64,000 nt of DNA from Epithemia pelagica (lineage: Eukaryota; Protista; Bacillariophyta). The stretch spans positions 434,001 to 498,000 of the forward strand of contig OX337233.1 of the NCBI GenBank assembly GCA_946965045.2. The letters are read 5' to 3'. The position numbers were made by a program, and so were the translations under genes. The first letter of the stretch is position 1, and every line of letters begins with the position of its first letter. This document shows, piece by piece, positions 11,526-22,547 of this stretch. The notes under the pieces are model-generated. The model ran no database searches. It was not told the DNA's origin and saw nothing but the letters and a program-made list of their open reading frames with translations.

Positions 11526-12685
11526 GTAGAGCCTTTCTGTTTGCCGACACCAAACAAAACCAAAAAGAATGTTTGGGATGACGCGAGCCTCTGCGAAACC
11601 AAACACCAAGAAACCAGAGGATGCGAGAGTCCGACTAGGTAGTATACGAACCGTCACACGGTGCTGGGGTTGGATATCTTCTAGTAGTACATAGTATACA
11701 TGTGTATGGATTTCTAGAGTAGGTACAAGTTCATGGTCAGAGGCACATCCTGGGCCAGTCACCCATTGAGGAAGTGTCCGTTTCGTATAGCCATCATCGC
11801 ACTCGATGGTCAATGTCACTGGAACGCCCAAGCACACAACATGTTCGTTTGCCGTTCTCATCATCCTGTCGATGGTATATAGTGTAATGGGTGACACCAC
11901 GTCAGATATTGGACCATTTCCAGAGCCCCTCGTTTTTGTTGTCACGGTGGCTGCTCATGTGGCAGTCACGATTGTTGTTTGCTAGAAAAAGTCCCAAAAC
12001 GGGGGTGCAAATTGTCCTTTCCTTTCCAGAACAGATTGGTGTCGTATCGCCTTTGGATACCAAGCCAAGAAGCATTGGCAGAACCAATCACACCATGATG
12101 AGCTGCAGAGAGATATACTTTTGACTCTCTAGAGCATTCTCTGCTAGAGGGTTGGATCCATACCTCTAACTTAGGGTGTGTCAGTGGCGGAGTCACGCAT
12201 TAGCGACCTAGGTAGACCTGTTGTTGCAGAATTTCTCATCCACGCCAAAGGCGTCGAGTTGCCCGCGTGGGAAGATGGCTCTAGCTCGCGAGAGGTGGCG
12301 CGACCAAGCTAGGGATAGCTAGGAGTACAACTGCCTCTCTAGCTAGGGTATACCAGAGACCGAGGGAGGGATTCGGTGCGCCATGGGTACAGGAAAACTC
12401 CTTTTGCGGTTCTATATATGGCAAGATTCGATCGCAAATTTCTCGTTGCAACGGAATTGGTGGACCAGAGAGCGGAACCTTTGGCGCACCTACACAAAGC
12501 TGTTATGTGGTTCAAGCACACGGTTGTTGGTGTCTCATTTTTGTTTGCCCTCACACACAAAAGAGTCCGGTACCACCAAAAAATTCAGCTATCTACCTAC
12601 AAGAACCCTTCCTCTTCTTGATTGACAGTTTCCACTGTTCTGGAAGCGCATAATATTGCAACGAGTCCAAAACACAGTAGAAACT

Positions 12686-14010
12686 ATGGAACGGTCCACC
12701 CTGTCTTCGTCCTCCCAGAAGAACCGTGCCAACACGTTGCCATCCATCCTCAAGCAATCCTCGCTTTCATCATTTCAGTTTCTGGTGTGTCCAAACTGGA
12801 ACACCACCACGATAAAGACTACGACAAGTCTGTTCCCCTCCAACCACCAGAAGTACCAGCCACACTGGACCAGCATCCAACGATTGACCAAGAGGAAACT
12901 GACAAGAACCACAACCATCCTGCGCATCAGCAGGAGGACCACAAAACCAGGACGGTGGGACGACGGCCCGTACGATTTTAGTCACGGCGTGGGTCCTCCC
13001 CAAAGAAGGTACTAGCCCGCGATGACACGGAGAACGACCCTGGTACTCGAGCACCGGCAACAAGTGTCCGACATTCCTTGTTCTTGTTTCGTGGCAACAA
13101 GAACAAGCAACAGACCAAGCAGCCAACCAAGCAACAGACCACCAACGACGAGAAGACGATGAAGCACACGGAGGAATTGGCGTCTGCACCAACCACCAAG
13201 AAGGACGACGACGACAAGACTGGCGCACCCGACACCACCACCACCACGAGCGCGGTGACAACGACCGACAACCCCAAGAAGACCAACCTTGTCACCAACA
13301 CCAATAAGATCACGAAACAGGACAAACGGATCCGATTCCTCTTGCCGCCAATCGACAACGACGACAAGAAGAATGACGATACGGTCGAAACGGACGTACC
13401 AGAGAATGGTTCCACCGGTTCTTCGAGCGGGGAAACGGATCAAGTTTCGGATGCCTTTACATCCTTGTCGTCGGGTGGACAAGGAGGGAAAGGTGGCAGT
13501 ACCATGGACCATTTGATGGGATATTGGTTGGAAGGTGTCTATGGTGGCTGGGACCGGCGGCCGGCCCAGTCCAAGTCCAGGGAGGAGCAGGATCCGGCGG
13601 AGGGAAGGAATCCGAGTCCAGAACCGAATCCGACAAGTCCTTCTTTGGATGAGGATCAAGATGATTCGGTGGGCAGTGATGTTGCCACGGTCGATGACAT
13701 GTCCGTCTTGTCCGCCTTTTTGGGTGGCGGCGAACACGCCTTGTGGAAACAACTGACCGGTCTTGGTGGTACTACTACTAGTAGTAGTACTCAACAAAGT
13801 CCAGACGAGGAGGCTCGTCGTCGTCGGGCTCTCCTCGTGGCCAACTTTTCGAAGAGCTCGTCGGTACCAATTCCAAAAGAAACAGACGAGGACAACAACA
13901 AGGAGGATGAACTGGAGCGTGGCATCAGCCAGGAAGAGGATCCCGCCGACCGCGGCACCAGCACCAGCACCGAGGAAGACACCCAGACGACGACGGACCC
14001 GTCGTCGTAA
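12686..14010 (+). pseudogene. Array gene A5: disrupted (probable frameshift ~12770-12790 and in-frame TAG 12979-12981); intact 3' ORF 13078-14010
   Basis: ORFs 12622-12981 and 13078-14010 are in one frame, separated only by TAG (VRF*SRRGSSPKK); the 3' part has SDAFTSL, MDHLMGYWLEGVYGG and DMSVLSAFLGG, very close to A4b. Confidence 0.65.
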
Positions 14011-14833
14011 CTGCCACGATACGAAATAACAGGCATGTGTGCACATACATAAACCAACCCAACACAGCACAAGAGCGCTCTACAGAACCATCACAACCAC
14101 ATCAAGATTGTAACTTTGGATCGAGTTTCGTGTAGATCGTTCTCTAGATACTATGTTCTTTTTCCATCCAACCCAAACAGATTCAGTTTTGTGGAACTAG
14201 CTAGAGAGTGGATTGCCCCCGTTTCTCTCGTTCCAAGCGAAGAACCATGTCAAGAGGGATGGTCTGATATCCATTGCCCTAGAATCTACCGGTATAGGAC
14301 GAGGCAGGAGGAAATTCGTCGTTGGCTTTGTTGTGTCAGCTGTGGTTGGAGATGAGAGAGAGAGCAGTCGCATGGTGTGCGACCATGCGAGCGAGTGGCG
14401 CGATATGTGCGACTGACTGAATTCTCTCCGTTGGGTCCGTGGAGAAACATACTAGGTAGACTATTATGGATCCACAATCCGCACCACACTGTTGGTTGGC
14501 TGGCAACAAACACAGGGTTCAACTGCCTTCCCCATTCCATGAGGTGCGTCAAGGTGCGCAATGTATAATAAACCCCTTTGGTCCTTGTTTATGGATCGAC
14601 CGAACGCATCTCTTTGGTACCACATGCTATTTCCCCCCAAGACTCGAAGGTCCAACGTTTATTTTGCTAGTAGACTCACCGGTTTGCCACTTCCATCCAA
14701 ATTGTCGTCGTCTCATTTTTTCCATGACCATCACTCATTTGGCGGTGCAGGAATCCACGAAATACGCCACTGACGACGAGAACGACAACGACAAAAAACG
14801 ACGCAACCCCCCTTCTCCAGTAGTCTGAGTACC

Positions 14834-15958
14834 ATGATTTCCGCCTTGACTCGAAGCCGGTCCTACACCGTATCCTCCTCCTCCAGCCGCACCAAACATG
14901 ACCCTGCTGTTGCTGGTTCTACCTCTGATTCTTCAGGTTCCAACCGGTCCGACCAATCTCCATCAGGGAACGACGGTGAACCAGCCTCTAGTACTACCAT
15001 GAAGAAGAAGAAGAAGAATGCAGTGCCGCAGTGCTGGCCCTCCAACCACAAGCACACGTCGGCGGACGAGGAGGATCCAACCACGACGCAGTCGGAACCT
15101 GGTGGTGGTACCAATGCTTTGTATCCCATTCGACGATCACGCGCACGGCTCTTGCCATCCATTGTGTGTGGCAAGAACAAAAACACCAACAACAACACGA
15201 CGACAAGGAACATGCAGAGAGACCAAGGATCCTCCGAGCCACACCACCAAGACAAGGACGAGCAGGACAATCTCAGTCTTCCCAGTCAAGTTTGTCCCTC
15301 CATGTCCTCGACCGTGACATCCTCCCTGTCCCTATCCGATGCCTCCTTGACCACATGTTCCTCCTCCTCGTCCTCTTCAGCCTTTTCCGAAGATTTGCAA
15401 GATTTGGTTCACGAATCCATGTTGCTGACCTACGACCAGGACGACGACGACGACGATCAGGACGATGTCGAAAGTGTCTCCTTGTTCGACTATCACAATG
15501 ACTTGTACCAATGGTTGACGCCCGCTGTGCGACGGCCCAACAAGCACAACAACAACAAGACGACGACAAATCATTATTCGGCCAATGACACGACGGAACC
15601 TTCTCCTCCACGCCCCAACAAGCACCACACCAAGAGCAACAACCAAAAGCTCTACCGGATTATTCAAAGCCAATATTCCGTGGATTCTCAAACGACTTAT
15701 GGGACGCCCACTACTGGTACAAGTCGTCGGTGGCAAGTCGTGACGCCCCATGGCATGCGCGTCTTGGATGATCATGACGACCATGACGAAGACGATGACG
15801 ACGAAAACAGCAAGGCCTTTTCGGAACGGGCGCAACCGTCGGGTCTGGAATTGCTCCTCGATTATTGGGTCGAAGGCATTTACAATAGTGGAAACTCCTC
15901 CAACTCAACGACACGAGACACGGACCATGACTCGTTGGCCGGTGCCACCTTTCACTAA
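14834..15958 (+). CDS. Array gene A6: disordered protein, 374 aa
   Basis: accATG; contains SKAFS...GLELLLDYWVEGIY...DHDSLAG. Confidence 0.78.
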   Translation: MISALTRSRSYTVSSSSSRTKHDPAVAGSTSDSSGSNRSDQSPSGNDGEPASSTTMKKKKKNAVPQCWPSNHKHTSADEEDPTTTQSEPGGGTNALYPIRRSRARLLPSIVCGKNKNTNNNTTTRNMQRDQGSSEPHHQDKDEQDNLSLPSQVCPSMSSTVTSSLSLSDASLTTCSSSSSSSAFSEDLQDLVHESMLLTYDQDDDDDDQDDVESVSLFDYHNDLYQWLTPAVRRPNKHNNNKTTTNHYSANDTTEPSPPRPNKHHTKSNNQKLYRIIQSQYSVDSQTTYGTPTTGTSRRWQVVTPHGMRVLDDHDDHDEDDDDENSKAFSERAQPSGLELLLDYWVEGIYNSGNSSNSTTRDTDHDSLAGATFH

Positions 15959-16279
15959 AACCAAGGAGAGAAGAAGGACTCTCTCTCTCTCTATTCGTAC
16001 ATTCGGAGTATTCTTGTTGGACGCGCCATGAATGGATTGTTTTACTACTGCTGCCACCACGAGGGTTTGTGTTGTGTTTCGTATGAATAATTTCTATATA
16101 TATACTCTCTACGTATAATAGATGGACTGTATGATACGGGCCTCGTTTCCACAACGCTTGGTTGGGTCATCGGTAGGTACGACGACCTGTTGTTCACTGC
16201 AATGTAGATAGTGAGAAGTGAGAAGACTTTGTCGTCCGGCGCACCTGAGAGTTCGTCGCGCGCTTGCGCGCTCGCGATA

Positions 16280-16307
16280 TTTCAGCGACCAAGATCGGTC
16301 GCTGAAA
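16280..16307. other. Perfect 11-bp inverted repeat (hairpin) in intergenic DNA
   Basis: TTTCAGCGACC-aagatc-GGTCGCTGAAA. Confidence 0.7.
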
Positions 16308-16746
16308 ATACGTTTGGAAAATACACCCCCCAAAAACTAGACGGGGCTCTGCCGCGTTTGTCACCATGGCGCATCCGTTGCACTGTCCGGTAGTGAGCGG
16401 TTGTGCGGCGCTTGTCGTTTATCCCTCCTAAGTAACTTGTTGGAAAACGGCTCTCCGGAAGCAAGTCTATAATTGAGTGGTGTACGTTGACACGGAACCA
16501 GACAATTCTCCAACCTCCAACGGCCCATTCTCCTTTTCTCTCTCGGGGTGTGTGTGTGTGTGCGTAGTTTGTGGTTGTGGTGGTTGATTCGTTTGTTTCT
16601 ACCACCAACAACGCAACAACAACTACTATTACAACATGATCTAGAACAACAACAGCCAGCACAACAACAAGAACAGCACGCAGTGATCCAGTCCAAGTGC
16701 ACCAACAATACTCCTGAACTCGTTGGTGTCTGAAGCAACAAAATCA

Positions 16747-18618
16747 ATGATGAGTTCCTCTCCACCGCAACAACAATCACCACCCGCACCATCCGAATCC
16801 ACAACGCACCATCCCGGCAACAGCACCTCTTTTTCCTCCTCCTTGTCGCAACCACAACTCCCGCACAACAAGGTTTCGTCCAAATCACGATTCTCTCGAC
16901 GACTGTTGCGACGACGTGACCGCAATCTGAATGGCAATGATACGGATAACGATACCGTGCAATCGGAAAGTACGACAAACACCTTTCGGAGCGAACGATT
17001 TCACGCCTTGTTTCAAAAGCCCTTGGCACGCATCACTTTGGGGCGACAACCACAACCACCAGGTGCTCCGTCACCGCCGCTGCCCTCACAACCACAAGCA
17101 CTCCAAGATGCAGACAATAAGGAGACGCTTGTCGCAACAGAGGCGAATCAACAACTTTCGTGGACGAGTTTGCCAAAGGACGACAAGAATGACCATGATG
17201 ATGACAATGTGTCTCATTCCTCTTCGGTCCACTTGTCGTCCAGTTCGTCGTCCTCATCTTTAGTCACTGCCTGTTCCTCGGCCGCCTCGTCGTCACGGCG
17301 TCCAACTCGTACGCTCGAGGATGTGGATGAAGATTCCGAACATGGTGGACCCGACTTGTCCTCTGTCTTGGCCCATGTCTTTGGAGTGGATCTCTTGACC
17401 CAGTATTGGGTCGAAGCCATTTATCCCAACAACCATAGTACGACGACTGCTACGACTACGAATACCAATTCCAACAACACAAACCAGAAGCAAGACGAGG
17501 AACCATCACCAATTCGCAATCCAGACGACGACGAGGACGACAAGGCCGACCACCCCCAACCCACAACGACCACCACTACGAATACTACTACTTCCATGGA
17601 CGAAGACAGGGGACATTTGGAAACGCCAGCCATCACCACGGACCAACCCACAAAGGAGGAGGAAGAAGAACCATCCTCCCACCAAATGAACGACGACGAC
17701 AAGAACAACGACAACCGCCACAGACAAGATCACGACGGCAAGCAAGTAGCCAAACGAGTCGTACGGCAGGCACTCATGACAACCACAACAACAACAACAA
17801 CAGCGACAAAACAACCGACACCCAAACCAGATACATCATTCACCGGATCAACCTTGACCACAACTACGACATCGGTTGCAACAAGAACTTCACACAAGTA
17901 CCCACCAGCGGAAGCGTCTTCTTCGTTCCGGTCACCACTCCAATGGTCGCGACCACAACAAACAGAAACGCGACAACCGTCCTCCACCTCAAATCAACCA
18001 GGACAACCACCACAACGGCCTCAAGAACCACAACGACAACGACAACACACTGCCCGTCATTCACTGTCGACATTCCACAACAACAAGAACAAGAACAGGA
18101 ACAACAAGCAGTATATCAATCCTTCAAAAGAAGATCGACGACAAAAAGAAGATCGACGACAAAAAGAACAACGACAAGAAGAAGAGCGGCGACGACAAAA
18201 AGAACAACGACAAGAAGACGAACGGCGACAGGACGTGGATCCCGAACCCCCCGAACCGGATCCAGAACTCGAGGAGAATGACGCCACAAGCAAAGGCAAA
18301 CAGAAAAAGACCTTTCGACCTTTACGATTCTTGCGTCGTTGGAAAGAGCAACACCACCAACGAGGCCGTCACAACGACTCGGAGGACGACGACGATGAAG
18401 AAGAATCCAACGACCCCCAAGACTCCTCCTCCCAAGAGGAAACCGCACCCGCACCACTCCCACCGGCTGGCCGTACTCCCAGTCACTTGCCAAAACGGAG
18501 TCGATCCCGCTCCTCCGTGATTTTGTTACACGAACAGGAGGACGATTCCAACCAGGACGATCCCGTCGACAAGTTTTATGAGGATTCGTACAGCTACACC
18601 TCGTTTTCCTTGTGGTAA
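16747..18618 (+). CDS. Array gene A7: disordered protein, ~623 aa, with E/R/Q charged repeats
   Basis: ATG 16747 in ORF 16723-18618; PDLSSVLAHVFGVDLLTQYWVEAIY motif; (EDRRQK)/(EQRQE) repeats at ~18130-18230. Confidence 0.78.
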   Translation: MMSSSPPQQQSPPAPSESTTHHPGNSTSFSSSLSQPQLPHNKVSSKSRFSRRLLRRRDRNLNGNDTDNDTVQSESTTNTFRSERFHALFQKPLARITLGRQPQPPGAPSPPLPSQPQALQDADNKETLVATEANQQLSWTSLPKDDKNDHDDDNVSHSSSVHLSSSSSSSSLVTACSSAASSSRRPTRTLEDVDEDSEHGGPDLSSVLAHVFGVDLLTQYWVEAIYPNNHSTTTATTTNTNSNNTNQKQDEEPSPIRNPDDDEDDKADHPQPTTTTTTNTTTSMDEDRGHLETPAITTDQPTKEEEEEPSSHQMNDDDKNNDNRHRQDHDGKQVAKRVVRQALMTTTTTTTTATKQPTPKPDTSFTGSTLTTTTTSVATRTSHKYPPAEASSSFRSPLQWSRPQQTETRQPSSTSNQPGQPPQRPQEPQRQRQHTARHSLSTFHNNKNKNRNNKQYINPSKEDRRQKEDRRQKEQRQEEERRRQKEQRQEDERRQDVDPEPPEPDPELEENDATSKGKQKKTFRPLRFLRRWKEQHHQRGRHNDSEDDDDEEESNDPQDSSSQEETAPAPLPPAGRTPSHLPKRSRSRSSVILLHEQEDDSNQDDPVDKFYEDSYSYTSFSLW

Positions 18619-19287
18619 CCAATGGCGTGTGCTGGGAGACAATGGGTGTGTCCACGTTGGACACACACACACGTCCCACACGTAATAGCATCACACACAA
18701 TAGCCTCCAACTTGGATCAAGGTTCCACCTATTACGAATACAAGTATACAAGTATACAAGTTTAAATTATTTGTATTTTAAAAGGATTGGTCAAGAGATA
18801 TGCGTGTCAGAGTGGTGTTGCCTTTTCCGTTCTCTCTCTCTGGAGGAGATGGCAGTTGAAAATTCGATGGTGCTCATGGCCTCGTCATGACCCACACCGG
18901 TATATTATGTTTCGTTGCCACGTTTCTATCCCAACGCCCAACGGCAACTCACAACGGTTCTCTCATCGTTGTTCTTGTCTGTATGCGACTGGTTACGTGC
19001 GACCAGGATTGCTGTTCGGCGACCGGAGCGTTTTACTGGAGATTCAGACGCACGAGTGCGACAGAACCGGGCTGGCGTTTCTGTGCGACTGCCAAAAAAG
19101 TCCGACCAACCGAAGTTTACGTGTTTGCGAGAACCGAGGCAACGTTCCTTCCATTCTTGCAACGCATTCCTTTGGCAGAGAAAAGCAAGAGGATTCGGAG
19201 AGGTGTGTGTCTTGTTCGACGGTCTTTGGGATATCGGCTTCCACTTGAGGGAGGAGCCACTCCATAATAATAGGAAGGAACCATCAC

Positions 19288-21279
19288 GTGCCTACTCAAG
19301 CCAACGACGACAACGAGCCGTCCCAGGACGATGCACCCGCATCCAATGAGGATAATAACAATGAAGACGACGATCGTTTGTCTGTGATTTGCAGTGTCGA
19401 AGGAGTACCAACCAGCCAGGCGCACTCGGCGCTCGAGGATCCGCAAGAACCCACGGCAGAAGCAAACAACAAGAACAAGAAAAACAACACCAAGGCCGAC
19501 TACCAGGACACCAAGACGCACTAGCATGAAACCAATGACTCGTTGAATGGAACCAAACTGGAAAGAGTACCGGACCACATCCCAAAGGCTGACAAAGCTC
19601 CTTCCACACCAAGCCTCCGAGAAGAAGGCAATCCGAAACAGACAAACAAGACCCAACAGGAAACGAATGCCACGACGACGACGACAAGAGCAGACAGCCC
19701 CAAGGAAGAAACGACTACTACTCCCAAGAGAAGCATTTTGATCTTTAGCAACAAAAAGAAGAACAAGAAGAACAAGAAGAACAAGAACAAACCGACCGAG
19801 AAGGATCCCATTCTTGCTCAAGAAGGCGTAGGACTGGTACCACCACCATCCGAATAAGAACCCGCACCATCCAGCCACAGCACGCATACCAGACACACCA
19901 AGACGACCAAAGCCAGCAAGAAATCCAAATCCCAAAAGACTCGCCGAGCCAAATTGAGCTCCACCATGAATGACTTTTTTGGCAAGGAAGAAGACGATGT
20001 CGTGGCTCACTTTTTTACTCGCTCGTACTATGACAAGCAAGAACAGAAACAAGAACAAGAACGACAGAAACAGCTCGAGCTGGAGCGGCTGTTCAAGACG
20101 GCCCCACCACCCGCGCCGACTCAATTCCACTACGATTATGACGATGACATGACCGTCATGACCAACGATCAACTATCCGTCTTGTACCACCAACAAAAGC
20201 AACAACAGCAGCAACAATCACCCGACCAACCCGACCGTGTCATGGCTCGCATCGATGCGGAAATGCAAAAGCGGGGACTCATTTTACCGCCGCACTTGGT
20301 GCCACCATCAGTATCACCAGACTCCACCACGACAAACCCAGCGGCCAACAAGACAACGACAACAACGATGCAACCACAAGGTCGGGACCTGATTTTACCA
20401 CCCCATTTAAATGGTCACAAGATGAAACAACAGAACCACAACCAAGAAACGACAACGACAACGACGACGACCGCAACAACAAGGACCATTCATCCCAAGG
20501 AACTGGTGCCCCAACTGTCTTCCCAAGAACTTGTGTGGAAGGAACTTTCGACGCGTTTTGCACCCACCGATGACCCCAAGAATCCGCAGCCGAAAACGGT
20601 GCATCCCCAAACCGTGGCCCGTGCCGAATGGTGGAAGGACCATATTTCGGAACCCGTCGAGGCGGCCACGGCTCCGGCCCAAGAGTGGTTGCAGGAACAC
20701 GTTTCTAGTCCCGTCCAAGAGGCGGCGGCTCCGGCCCACGAATGGCTGCAGGAACACGTGGCCAGTTCGGTCGAAGAGGCGGCGGCGTCCCTGCGTCCCA
20801 CCCATCCGGCGGCCACTGGATCGTGGAAGGACATGTCTCGTCACATGGGAGCGTCCCTGTCTCGCCTCACGTCGTGGATGACATGGTCGACGCTGGGGAC
20901 CAAACCCTTTCGCCACCAGCACGACCAAAACCCCAACCATCACAAGGCCCCGCACCATCCAGAAACCATGGAGGAGGAGGATGGTTCCGAGGTGACATCC
21001 TTGTGTTCTCGAACCATTTTGTCGTCCGATGAAGAGCACAAAGAGAAGAAGCACAAGAACAAGAAGGACAAGACGAACAAGAACAAGAAGGAGGACAAGG
21101 ACACTGAGAATGACAGTCAAGACGAGACCAAGAACAATGAGAATGACAGTCAAGACGAGACTCCAGGCCTGCTGGATCTGTTGCACAATGACAATGATTC
21201 CGTCATGTCCGCCTTTTTGGGACCCCAACTCATGAAATCCTTGGACAAACTCGGCGAACAAGCCACGCTGCGTTTGTAA
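19288..21279 (+). pseudogene. Array gene A8: one reading frame interrupted by TAG (19522) and TAA (19855); intact 3' ORF from ATG 19966 (437 aa)
   Basis: ORFs 19288-19524, 19543-19857 and 19954-21279 are in the same frame with only single stops between them and uniform composition; C-terminal DNDSVMSAFLG motif. Confidence 0.65.
20626..20796 (+). repeat. Three 57-nt (19-aa) coding repeats EW(W/L)xxH(I/V)xxxVxxAxA
   Basis: Units at 20626, 20683 and 20740: EWWKDHISEPVEAATAPAQ / EWLQEHVSSPVQEAAAPAH / EWLQEHVASSVEEAAASLR. Confidence 0.88.
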
Positions 21280-22547
21280 CCCATCCATTGTCTGTTTTTG
21301 TGTGCGCATGTGTACCGAGCAAGAACCAGACACACTGGTTTGGATTCTCCCAATAGTGAAACGACCAAAGAAGAAGAATGACAAATGACACTCCAATGAC
21401 AAGATAACAACGACAAGAATGCAGAAAATAGAAATGGCCATGGCAACAACCAACAAGAATCGATCCTCTAGCGCTCCCATTATTACTGTTTTTATGGCAC
21501 TCCCCCTGTCTCTAGAGAATAGCTATACTACGTAGGAGTCCCCAAAACCATAAACGTTTCGTTTGGCTGTCCGCTGCAGCTCGAGAATCGAGTTTGGTTC
21601 ACCGAGACAACGTCTGTGCCTACCGATAGTAGGTAGGGAGGCACTATAGAGTCCACTTTCGAGCTCTAGAGTAGGTTAAGGTATAGGTGGAGAGCGTTGG
21701 ATAGAAACGTTTGGGGTGGAGAAATTATGTGTCCGATACCCTCCAACAAAAATGACACATGACACTGAATAACGACAATGACACTCTAGAGCAGCAACGA
21801 CCATGACCACAAACCCCAAACAAGCAATCCTAGTGCTCCTCCTATTTTGACGACTCTCCCCTCTCCTACTAGATAGCTTTTATTGGAATCGATCGTATTC
21901 TACGTTTCTCTCTCTGCAGAGCTATAAAACGATCGCCACGTTCCACCACAGATACGCCGAGACAACGTCTCCTCCTCTCGGTATCTAGAATAATAGGTGG
22001 GCACGATTCTCTATAGATTTACGGTAGTAAAGATGTATATTCCTCTTGCTAGTAGGAGTAGATAGCAGACGGCACACGGAGCGTTGGAATACAAATGTTT
22101 GGGACGTTGCCAACATTCTCCAGAGCTACCGCCTCCAACCACGCAACGCCGCACGACGAGACAGCGAGCCGAAACAAACAGAAACCAAAAAATTCCATGG
22201 TACCCATCACACAACGCATGCTTTTTCTGGACCCAAACACGAAATTTTGTGCGAGAACGGGAGTTGGATGTATCGTCGGGCGCGCACAAGTTGGACCGTT
22301 TCCATATAAAACAATAATATGGGAACACTCGCAGAGAGAACGACGAGTCGTGCAGTCGCACTGGAATCACAGAACCGACTCTTGTTTGCTGTGGGTTTTG
22401 AGGTGCGTTTGTCTCCTCCTCTAGCTATGGATCCATTCCCGTCTAAAGAACCCATCGATTCGATTGGTATCGAGAAGTTCCCAACACAGAGAAAGAGTCC
22501 ACTTCCTCCTATATATACAACGCTGTCATTGATTCCAAAAAGACAAC

